From Candidatus Omnitrophota bacterium (GTDB taxonomy: Bacteria; Omnitrophota; Gorgyraeia; Zapsychrales; JANLHA01), in NCBI GenBank assembly GCA_963662715.1, contig OY759724.1, positions 870,001 through 902,000 of the forward strand: a stretch of DNA of 32,000 bases, read 5' to 3'. The position numbers were made by a program, and so were the translations under genes. Shown here in pieces: positions 16,494 to 24,051 of the stretch; the first letter of the stretch is position 1, and each line of letters opens with the position of its first letter. The notes below the pieces were generated by a model, which worked only from the letters and a program-made list of their open reading frames with translations, was not told the DNA's origin and searched no databases.

Positions 16494-17615
16494 CTACCCT
16501 GAAGAATTTTTTACATAACTTATTGATGGGGATAGGTTTTCTGTGTGGACGGGTGGCCGATGTGCCACATGCGTGCCAACTTTTGACGGATTACCCAGGT
16601 TCAGGGCCTGGACTGCCCGCTGCTTGTGGCTGCAGCTGAGGTGAGAATACCGAAGCGTCATTTCCATGGTCTTATGGCCGAGCAGTTCTTTGACGGTCAT
16701 GAGATCCACCCCGGCCATGACAAGCTGCGAGGCAAACGTGTGCCTGAGATCGTGAAATCTGAAGTTCTCGATCCCCGCCTTCTTCAAGGCCGTGTAGAAT
16801 GACTTTTTGATATCATTAAACGGCTTGCCATTGTAGCTGGCGAAAACGTAGGGGCTTTCCGGATCCTTCCTGACGCGATACAGGATATCGCGCACTGCAT
16901 CATTGACCGGAATCTCGCGTTGCTCTCCGTTCTTCGTCTGCAGAATATGGATCAGCCCGCGGTTCAGATCAACGTTGTTCCATTTGAGATTAAAAATCTC
17001 GCCCTTACGCATGCCGGTATTGATCGCGAACTCCACGATATCTTTCAGGGGATCCTCGCAATGCTCCAGCAACCGCTGAATTTCTTCCTTCTCAAGAAAC
17101 CTTGTACGCTTATTATCAACAGGGAGAAACTTGAAACCTTGGACCGGATTGCGACTACTAAGATACTCCCATTCTTGAGCCTTGTTGAACATATTTCTCA
17201 GCACACCAAGATCCTTGTTCACCGTGTTGCCAACGATAGGTTTCCTGGTCCGAGGATTCTTATGCAGGAGCCGCCAATCGACAAACTTTTCAACATCTCG
17301 CTGAATGATCTCATGAAGATATTTATTACCGAAATATTTTATAAGGTGCCGAACATTGCTCCTCGATGATTTATGCCAGCCACGCAAAGTCCTCTGGCAA
17401 TGCCTCTCAAGATATTCTTGCGCGAAATCCTTAAACTTCATCTTCTTCTCGCGCTTGATATCGAGATGTTTGTTTTCGGCAACGAGGGTAAGCCGCTTTT
17501 GTAGAATCTTCTGGGCAATCGCCTTGTTGGGCGCGATCAATTCACGCTTCCTCACACCCTCTGCCGTGAAATAATCAATACCCCAAGTTTTTCCTCTTTT
17601 AAATACTCTGCCCAT
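16494..17615 (-). CDS. int: Tyrosine recombinase / phage-type integrase
   Basis: 373 aa. N-terminal SAM-like and core-binding region, then a catalytic domain with TGMRKGE (Arg), HDLRHTFAS (HxxR) and LGHKTMEMTLRYSHL (His, Tyr). Confidence 0.92.
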   Translation of the reverse strand: MGRVFKRGKTWGIDYFTAEGVRKRELIAPNKAIAQKILQKRLTLVAENKHLDIKREKKMKFKDFAQEYLERHCQRTLRGWHKSSRSNVRHLIKYFGNKYLHEIIQRDVEKFVDWRLLHKNPRTRKPIVGNTVNKDLGVLRNMFNKAQEWEYLSSRNPVQGFKFLPVDNKRTRFLEKEEIQRLLEHCEDPLKDIVEFAINTGMRKGEIFNLKWNNVDLNRGLIHILQTKNGEQREIPVNDAVRDILYRVRKDPESPYVFASYNGKPFNDIKKSFYTALKKAGIENFRFHDLRHTFASQLVMAGVDLMTVKELLGHKTMEMTLRYSHLSCSHKQRAVQALNLGNPSKVGTHVAHRPPVHTENLSPSISYVKNSSG

Positions 17616-17626
17616 AGTTTAAATAT

Positions 17627-17680
17627 ACACCGCTTTTATTGCGGTGTCAATAGTTTAGCACCGTAGTATAATACGGTATT
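17627..17680 (+). promoter_or_regulatory. Divergent int/XRE control region with two palindromes and a -10 box placed for a leaderless XRE mRNA
   Basis: ACACCGC-ttttatt-GCGGTGT (17627-17647). ACCGTA-gtataa-TACGGT contains TATAAT (17667-17672), which ends only 8 nt before the ATG at 17681. No SD is present. Confidence 0.35.
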
Positions 17681-17893
17681 ATGAATGCGTCACTAAACAT
17701 AAAAGCCAGTAAAAAGATCAGAGCAATGCGCATCAAGCACAAACTCACCCAGGAACAGCTTTCTGAAGCCACTGGCATTGATTATAAATACATTCAGAAG
17801 ATCGAAGGCAAGAATCCTCCCAATATAACCCTTAAAACTTTAGAAAAACTTGCCAAGGTTCTCAAAAGCACCCCTGCAAACTTGCTCAAATAG
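17681..17893 (+). CDS. XRE-family HTH transcriptional regulator (cI/Cro-like)
   Basis: 70 aa. IRAMRIKHKLTQEQLSEATGIDYKYIQKIEGKNPPNITLKTLEKLAKVL is a canonical HTH_3 domain. Confidence 0.85.
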   Translation: MNASLNIKASKKIRAMRIKHKLTQEQLSEATGIDYKYIQKIEGKNPPNITLKTLEKLAKVLKSTPANLLK

Positions 17894-18080
17894 GTCTCTC
17901 TGGCACTTTCTTCCCTTCAAGCCATTTCTCTATTTCCGAAGGTTTGAATTTCGTTAAACGGCCCACCTTCAAGAAGGGCACCTGTCTTGTGTGTACCCAA
18001 TTATAAAGCGTGCTGACCTTGATCCCTAAGTAATCAGCAAGTTCCTGCATATTGATCAAATTTTCTTGTCTATTGTTCAT
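17886..18080 (-). CDS. xis: Excisionase-family DNA-binding protein (MerR/AlpA-like HTH)
   Basis: 64 aa. MQELADYLGIKVSTLYNWVHTRQVPFLKVGRLTKFKPSEIEKWL matches the excisionase HTH_17 pattern. Its 3' end overlaps the XRE gene 3' end by 8 nt (convergent). Confidence 0.8.
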   Translation of the reverse strand: MNNRQENLINMQELADYLGIKVSTLYNWVHTRQVPFLKVGRLTKFKPSEIEKWLEGKKVPERPI

Positions 18081-18352
18081 TTAACATATTAATATAGAAA
18101 AAGTTAAGAGAATCATTGATTGCGTCATCAGGAGGGATACGCAACTTTATATATTCTAATGCGTTACAACAATATGTTCCCATAATCATGGTTTAGTTAT
18201 CACATCACAACTTGTTGCTAATAAATAGCTTGCATTACAATTACAAAAATCCCGCCCCTTTTTGATCTATCTTTGCACACTTCACTCGTGATGGACTATC
18301 CCTCCCCATGCCTTTTATCCCAAAAGCTATCCCCACTTAAAAGATAGGAATG

Positions 18353-18700
18353 CTACGCATTCAATTTATTGATGAAATATTCAATGCTTACCAAAACCTT
18401 GCCTTGAAAACTTTTTACCTTAACAAGAGCTGGGATATCTGCCTGAATATGATATTTATCACCCGCTGTTAGCTCCTGACCCATGTCATATTTTTGCATA
18501 ATAGCTCTACACATAAAACATTGCACCTTCATCTGCTTCCCTATGTCTACCAGAACCCCTATTTTCTCTACCAGCCATTCCTCTTCTTTTTTTCTTTCAA
18601 TCGCTTCATTGCGCTGCCTAATATACTCAGACAGCATCCTTCCCTGAGGCAGGCGCTCTATAATCCTATCCAATTTCTTTAGCTGTTCATCTTTGCCCAT
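18353..18700 (-). CDS. Hypothetical protein (115 aa)
   Basis: Clean ORF in the island, same strand as its neighbours. No recognisable motif. Confidence 0.45.
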   Translation of the reverse strand: MGKDEQLKKLDRIIERLPQGRMLSEYIRQRNEAIERKKEEEWLVEKIGVLVDIGKQMKVQCFMCRAIMQKYDMGQELTAGDKYHIQADIPALVKVKSFQGKVLVSIEYFINKLNA

Positions 18701-18807
18701 TCTTTAACGGTCCTTACACAAGACTTCTACAAGGAGAATCAAAAGCCATATCCACTCGCACACATTTTTTCTTATACCTACGAGAAGTTTTGTGTAACGA
18801 ATAATTC

Positions 18808-20406
18808 TTAAACGCAGGTTAAATCCCCAATGTGATCAAGACCATTCATGGGCCGAACGATCCAAGTCTGAAATCTTTCTTTTGGATAATAAAAATATTC
18901 GTCACCCATTTTGGCTTCTTGAAGCAGTCCAATGCATTTCAGCTCAAGCAATATTCTTTTTGCTTGGTTATATCCTTTACCTATAAGCTTAGCGCATTCT
19001 TTACGGGACAATTGGCCTCTATTAGCAATCACATCCTCCGTTTGGAATAGATAAAGCACCTCTGCCCGATTTACTGGCATAGAAGACATTACAACCCTTC
19101 TCGCTAATTCGATTTCATGATCTGTTACGTGATCCCGTTTATGAATGATGGCCAGTGATCTTGTTAAAACTTTGATTTGCTGCAAAGCACGCCATGGCTC
19201 CTCAATTTGAATTTCCGCAGGTTCATAATAAGTGAAAGCATTCCCCTTCTTGCTTGTCCCACTGACCAATTCGGTTCGAATGACAGCCCTACCATGCCTA
19301 AGCAAATCAGCCAAAGAATTTATATCTTCTATCTGTTCTGGCGTCTCAGGTTTAAGTTCCATGATATCTTCTTGCACCTGCCATATATAGGCAGAAACTT
19401 TTCCCCTCAATTGTTTAAGTTTTCTATTCCGTTCGTCTCCAGACCAAGCGATCTTATAGCCTTCTGAAATTTGATCATTGGTAAGAGGCAATATTCTATA
19501 GAATAAAAACCTCGGACCTATCATGTTCATATAAACTTGATGTCCGGCCAACGCCACTGGAGTAATGCACCCTAAATGGCTAAAAGCGGCTTCATATTGT
19601 ATGCGTCCGCGCGTACCTGTAAACTTGGCAAAGACTTTGTCATATATGGCACACATATCACCCAAAATCTTCCTAATCGTATCTGCCTTTAAGGAAAATA
19701 ACGCCGTAAAATCCTTAACCACAAAACACTTCATATCAAGCTCTGCCAAAAGGTCTTGTGTTGCGAACCCATCTTCAGATACAAAACCGCTAATAAATGA
19801 ATTTTCTGTAAGTGTGTCCAAATGATAAACAAATGGAACGTCACGTATAGTGGTTACAGTGGCAGTTTTGTCGCTTGAAGGTGGCCCTACCAACATAAGC
19901 CAAAGCGGGGCCAAATTATATTTCATAGACACTTTCAAACTGATTGCTACAGCTATAGTCAATTCGATTATGTCATGACTGGCTGATGAAACATCGGCAA
20001 GTATTGCGTGTATTTCCAACAAACTTGTCTGCGTTTCCACTAGTCGTCTAATCTTTTCTTGCGCTTCTGCTTCTCTTTCTTTCTCATGTTTCTCTTTCAG
20101 GAAGGCTGCTCGTTTTTCTCCATAAATTTGCTCGAAGTGCTGCTTGGTAAACTTAAAAGAATTTTTGAAAATAACCTTGAAACTTTCCACTTCTGAGACT
20201 GCATACTCAATACATGCTATTCGCTGTATCAGGCCCGTTAACTTAATAATTCGATCTTGTGCATCTCTAAATGGCGACTTTTTTTGTGATATTCTCACCA
20301 GCTTCTGCAGATCCGCAGAAATGCTTTCTTTTTCTTCCTGCTCTGCAGTTGGACTCTTTTTAATCAATTCATCGAGCTCTTTTTTTGCATAATCTTCATT
20401 TGCCAT
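18808..20406 (-). CDS. Putative primase-associated P-loop NTPase/helicase with C-terminal wHTH
   Basis: 532 aa. Walker-A-like LVGPPSSDKT (Asp where GK[ST] normally has Gly), Walker-B-like CFVVKDFT, and a C-terminal RKECAKLIGKGYNQAKRILLELKCIGLL wHTH. Overlaps the upstream Toprim gene by 11 nt. Confidence 0.5.
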   Translation of the reverse strand: MANEDYAKKELDELIKKSPTAEQEEKESISADLQKLVRISQKKSPFRDAQDRIIKLTGLIQRIACIEYAVSEVESFKVIFKNSFKFTKQHFEQIYGEKRAAFLKEKHEKEREAEAQEKIRRLVETQTSLLEIHAILADVSSASHDIIELTIAVAISLKVSMKYNLAPLWLMLVGPPSSDKTATVTTIRDVPFVYHLDTLTENSFISGFVSEDGFATQDLLAELDMKCFVVKDFTALFSLKADTIRKILGDMCAIYDKVFAKFTGTRGRIQYEAAFSHLGCITPVALAGHQVYMNMIGPRFLFYRILPLTNDQISEGYKIAWSGDERNRKLKQLRGKVSAYIWQVQEDIMELKPETPEQIEDINSLADLLRHGRAVIRTELVSGTSKKGNAFTYYEPAEIQIEEPWRALQQIKVLTRSLAIIHKRDHVTDHEIELARRVVMSSMPVNRAEVLYLFQTEDVIANRGQLSRKECAKLIGKGYNQAKRILLELKCIGLLQEAKMGDEYFYYPKERFQTWIVRPMNGLDHIGDLTCV

Positions 20407-21034
20407 TAAAATAATCTCTCACATCTTTGCCGTGTGATAATACCTTTGCCAAATCAACATTTTTGACACTCAAAGCAATGTCGCATAACATCTGAGCGAC
20501 CTTTTTAGAGCATTCTCTTCCCGTCTGATCCGCATCATAAAGCAATACAACATGCTTTCCTTTAAACAAATGAACCCATTCCTTTAAAAAAGTAAGTGCT
20601 CCAGGCACACCCACCACAAATTCATAACCGTGCGCCTCCATGGACATCGTATCCCATTCCCCTTCGCAAATATAGACGACTGCCCCATAAGGAGCTGTTT
20701 TAAGGCACTCGACATTAAATAATCCCGCTCGACTGCCTTTCTTTGATATCGTGTCTCCCTCGGGAATCTTCCTTCGAAATCCTATTAAAAATCCATTTTC
20801 ATGAAAGATGGGAAGGGTATACGCATACCCATCCCAGCCAATTCTGTGTTTTCTTAAAGTATCAATGGGAATACCCCGATCGTCCGAAAAATTTTTTAGC
20901 TGAACGCGAGATAAGCAGGACTCATAACAATCAATTAACCCTCTATTAAACAGATCTTTCTTGATCATTGGCACAGGGGCATGGGGCTTATTCGCTTGAT
21001 ATCTTCTGATTTCTAAATAACTTTTATCGCTCAT
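20396..21034 (-). CDS. Toprim-domain protein (DnaG-type primase-like)
   Basis: 212 aa. VYICEGEWDTMSM (Toprim Glu) and VVLLYDADQTGRE (DxD) motifs. 4-nt overlap with the upstream gene. Confidence 0.7.
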   Translation of the reverse strand: MSDKSYLEIRRYQANKPHAPVPMIKKDLFNRGLIDCYESCLSRVQLKNFSDDRGIPIDTLRKHRIGWDGYAYTLPIFHENGFLIGFRRKIPEGDTISKKGSRAGLFNVECLKTAPYGAVVYICEGEWDTMSMEAHGYEFVVGVPGALTFLKEWVHLFKGKHVVLLYDADQTGRECSKKVAQMLCDIALSVKNVDLAKVLSHGKDVRDYFNGK

Positions 21035-21282
21035 CTCTTACTGAATATTTCACCTTTTAAACGTTTATATGCATTAATAAAAGATAGAACGGGCACCTCC
21101 CCATTCTGGTAAAAAACAACAAGGGCCTTTTTTAGATCTTGCGAGTCTTCAAAAATGATCTTCTTATACGGAGATGCACAACTTTCTATTCCCAGGCGAG
21201 AAAAACCTTGGGCTTGAAGATACGCAGCCTCATAAAGGGAGTCTGTTTCATAAAGGGAGGATTGTTTGTCTTCTCTTATCAT
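21031..21282 (-). CDS. Small hypothetical protein (83 aa)
   Basis: ORF translationally coupled (ATGA overlap) to the Toprim gene. No firm family call. Confidence 0.45.
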   Translation of the reverse strand: MIREDKQSSLYETDSLYEAAYLQAQGFSRLGIESCASPYKKIIFEDSQDLKKALVVFYQNGEVPVLSFINAYKRLKGEIFSKR

Positions 21283-21301
21283 TTTCTACTCTTTTTCAGT
21301 C

Positions 21302-21336
21302 AAAAAAAATACTTGCATCCTACTGGATACAAGTAT
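21302..21336 (-). terminator. Rho-independent terminator after the 249-aa gene
   Basis: ATACTTGCATCC-tact-GGATACAAGTAT hairpin (21309-21336, one mismatch). On the minus strand it is followed by an 8-T run (plus-strand A-run 21302-21309). Confidence 0.65.
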
Positions 21337-21374
21337 GACAGGACTTAAGGAGCTGTAAATTAACAAAAAAGTCG

Positions 21375-22124
21375 CTACTTTATATCTACATACCCTCCGT
21401 CGACCATGGCTTTACATTCTTTATATCTTTCCCTCATATTATGCTCAGATACAGTGCCTGTTGGATAAAGCTTTTTCGCCATCCAAGCCCATGTTCGCTT
21501 ATTCTTATATTTCTCAACAGCATCCCAAATACGCAAATATTCATCATAAAGATTACGTTTCTTGAGAGAAAGTGGAGTAATTTGAGCCTGCTTGTAAGAC
21601 GGTTTCACATTGTACTTCTTGAGCAATTCACTTCTCTTCTCAATTAATTTATCCAACTCCTTTTCTAACAAAGGCATAATTTTTCCCTTGGGATAATTGA
21701 GGTTAAATGAGAACACCACTGTATCAGGGATTCGGACTTCCCGCCCATTGACATTAACCACCAAATCCCCCCACACCGGATAATTTTTTCTGACAATTTT
21801 CCCCCTTTTTCCTTTAAAAGGCAGTTTCATTTGTCTCATCACAGGTGGCGAATCATTAGAAACGTCAAGATCATGCCCCAAGTTCTTATTCTTGTAATTG
21901 TAAGGATACAATATTCCCCATTTCACAAAAAATTCAGATGCTTGTTCTTGTTTCCAAGAATCAAATTTTTCTTCCCCCTCCAACCTAAACCTCATTTTTT
22001 GCTCTTCTTTAGCATAACGATCATAATCTTCTTGATACTCTTTATTACGCCTCAAGAATTCCCACTTATAGAGAGCAATTATTCTTAACTCTTTTTCAAC
22101 CTGCTTTGCAGTCTTCTCTGGCAT
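21375..22124 (-). CDS. Hypothetical protein with N-terminal WEFLRRN motif
   Basis: 249 aa. YKWEFLRRNKEYQEDY resembles the W-x-FLRRN-x-x-Y motif of regulators from integrative elements (DUF6499-like, recalled from memory). Confidence 0.5.
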   Translation of the reverse strand: MPEKTAKQVEKELRIIALYKWEFLRRNKEYQEDYDRYAKEEQKMRFRLEGEEKFDSWKQEQASEFFVKWGILYPYNYKNKNLGHDLDVSNDSPPVMRQMKLPFKGKRGKIVRKNYPVWGDLVVNVNGREVRIPDTVVFSFNLNYPKGKIMPLLEKELDKLIEKRSELLKKYNVKPSYKQAQITPLSLKKRNLYDEYLRIWDAVEKYKNKRTWAWMAKKLYPTGTVSEHNMRERYKECKAMVDGGYVDIK

Positions 22125-22208
22125 AGTCTATTACTCTTATCTTATTCTTATTGTTTGCTTTATTATAAACGAACTTTTAGCGAATGTCGAAAATCAATAT
22201 AGGACAGG

Positions 22209-22433
22209 CTAGCGACCTGTCAGCCAGATGATTTCATCCTCATCAAACTGCCCGATCAGGTGATCCGGAGGGATATTGTGATTGCGATATTTCTCAATCA
22301 CTTGGAATCGATAATAAGAATGGACAGACACAAAAACCCACTGCTTAGGCTTCAAATTCATTTCTTGTGCTTTATTCTCGGCCTCTGCGTAACGTTCCAT
22401 ACTAATAAAATATGGAATTTCAGTTCTCATCAT
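22209..22433 (-). CDS. Small hypothetical protein (74 aa)
   Basis: ORF 6 nt downstream of the receiver-domain gene on the same strand. No motif. Confidence 0.4.
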   Translation of the reverse strand: MMRTEIPYFISMERYAEAENKAQEMNLKPKQWVFVSVHSYYRFQVIEKYRNHNIPPDHLIGQFDEDEIIWLTGR

Positions 22434-22439
22434 TTTTCG

Positions 22440-23093
22440 CTAAGCCTTTGTCCCCTGCATGTCTAATGCTTTCTCGAAGGTCGACACTAATTGATTTATC
22501 GTACTCGGCTTAGATAAGCTGGCAAAACAACCTAGTTCTTTTGCAACCTCATTAGCTCGTTGTTTTCCAGAATAGATAATAATCGCTAACGATGGTTGGA
22601 TTCCCTTAACTTCATTTATGAAATTTCCCCACTCCCTTTCTATTCCTCGCAGATCAGTCACAAGCAAATCATACGGGTGTCTCTTAAGTCTTTTCAGGGC
22701 GTCTTGACTATTGCTGGATACGGTAACTGCATATCCTCGTTCAGTAACATGATTCCTGACAAAAGCCAAAATTTCTGGCTCATCATCTACCCATAGCAAC
22801 GTTGCTTTATGGGCGCCTCGCCATCCGGGATCAAATCCCAATTTCTTAAGAACAACGGCCAGGATTAATCCCACAATTAGGGGTGCCCAAGAACCTGATG
22901 AAGTCCCGATCCAACCACTGATTAAAAACGTTGCCCCTCCAAGAAAGAGCCCGATCTTTCTCGGCCTCGTTCCAACTACATAACCACACAACAAGACTCC
23001 TCCTGAAAAAACAAATAATAAGCTTATTATGGTCTGAATAAAACCCACAGCTATTATCCTCCCCATGAAAAAGCTTATCATACAAAGCGGCAC
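22440..23093 (-). CDS. Membrane-anchored stand-alone response-regulator receiver protein
   Basis: About three N-terminal hydrophobic helices (IIAVGFIQTIISLLFVF, LLCGYVVG..., WAPLIVGLILAVVL). These are followed by a complete REC domain: LLWVDDEPE, phospho-acceptor LLVTDL, IIIYSG and LSKP. No output domain. Confidence 0.7.
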   Translation of the reverse strand: MPLCMISFFMGRIIAVGFIQTIISLLFVFSGGVLLCGYVVGTRPRKIGLFLGGATFLISGWIGTSSGSWAPLIVGLILAVVLKKLGFDPGWRGAHKATLLWVDDEPEILAFVRNHVTERGYAVTVSSNSQDALKRLKRHPYDLLVTDLRGIEREWGNFINEVKGIQPSLAIIIYSGKQRANEVAKELGCFASLSKPSTINQLVSTFEKALDMQGTKA

Positions 23094-23107
23094 TACACAA
23101 TAAAAAT

Positions 23108-23138
23108 GCTACCTATAGGTAGTCGACTGATAGGTAGC
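23108..23138. promoter_or_regulatory. Palindromic operator-like sites between the receiver gene and the XRE gene
   Basis: GCTACCTATAGGTAG contains the 12-bp palindrome TACCTATAGGTA. GCTACCTAT (23108-23116) is the reverse complement of ATAGGTAGC (23130-23138). Confidence 0.4.
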
Positions 23139-23175
23139 ACGCTCCTACAATATTTTATTGTTGGGGAGGTGTTAA

Positions 23176-23385
23176 GTGCCTGATATCAATAAAGAAGTAG
23201 GAAAACGTATTTTGAAATACCGAAAAAAGCGTGGGCTTACTCAGGAAGGGTTAGCTTTTGAAGCGGATCTGCATCGTGCCTATATCGGTCAGATTGAACG
23301 TGGCGAGAAAAATATTGGAGTGCAAAACCTGCAGAAAATTGCCAAGGCCCTAAATATAAAGATTTCCAAACTTCTCGAAGATTAA
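23176..23385 (+). CDS. XRE-family HTH transcriptional regulator
   Basis: 69 aa, GTG start preceded by GGGGAGG. ILKYRKKRGLTQEGLAFEADLHRAYIGQIERGEKNIGVQNLQKIAKAL is a canonical HTH_3 domain. Confidence 0.85.
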   Translation: MPDINKEVGKRILKYRKKRGLTQEGLAFEADLHRAYIGQIERGEKNIGVQNLQKIAKALNIKISKLLED

Positions 23386-23427
23386 AGATATATTTTCCTC
23401 AAAAAATCAATCCAATTCATCCAGAAT

Positions 23428-24048
23428 CTAAGCAGCGGTCAAAATCTTCTGGATCTCTTTTCTCCGTCGTTTAAATTCCTCTCTGGCCCATCTTTCTACA
23501 GCGATGTGTTCACTTATCATGTCTCCCATAAGCCAGCTTCTAAAGTTTTCACAACGACCATAATAGCAATCATCCGATTCCTTTGTCTTTCTTTTTAAAG
23601 CCCCCCAGGAATCATAATGCATTTTTTCTTTTATGTATCGCTGTTTATCTTTCGGTGTCATTAATTTGGTTTTCCATGCGACCTTTTCCATTCTTAGCTG
23701 ATCTTTTGCATCCTTTTCTAATTGCTTCTTGAGCCGAACCCATTCCAATGGCACTTTTTTCTTAATCCTGAAATGAGCTACCTCATGAAGGAGAGTAAGA
23801 AAATATTGTTCACCGGGCCTCAATTTTACCTTAATATCAGCAACATAGAACGCATCCCCACCAACAATACAGCCTAAATCTTTTAATCCCATATTGGGAT
23901 GTAAAAATATTCTATTCTTATCGAAACATGCCAAACCACACCAATTATTTTTTAATTTCTTCCATTCAACTGCAGGACAATCTTTTTTAAAATATGGCTT
24001 GGCAAATTCCTCTAAAACTTCAATGGTTGGCCTTAATGTCGATGCCAT
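23428..24048 (-). CDS. SprT-like zinc metallopeptidase (HExxH)
   Basis: 206 aa. VEWKKLKNNWCGLACFDKNRIFLHPNM followed by TLLHEVAHF (HExxH) follows the SprT-like domain layout. The start is 3 nt after the stop of the upstream nuclease gene. Confidence 0.6.
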   Translation of the reverse strand: MASTLRPTIEVLEEFAKPYFKKDCPAVEWKKLKNNWCGLACFDKNRIFLHPNMGLKDLGCIVGGDAFYVADIKVKLRPGEQYFLTLLHEVAHFRIKKKVPLEWVRLKKQLEKDAKDQLRMEKVAWKTKLMTPKDKQRYIKEKMHYDSWGALKRKTKESDDCYYGRCENFRSWLMGDMISEHIAVERWAREEFKRRRKEIQKILTAA

Positions 24049-24051
24049 ATT

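Noticed and set aside
18081-18352. Possible iterons or origin in the xis-proximal intergenic region (TGCGTTACAA / TGCATTACAA, CAACTTGTTG palindrome)
   Set aside because: The repeats are short, imperfect and present only twice. In AT-rich DNA this is not distinguishable from chance by eye.
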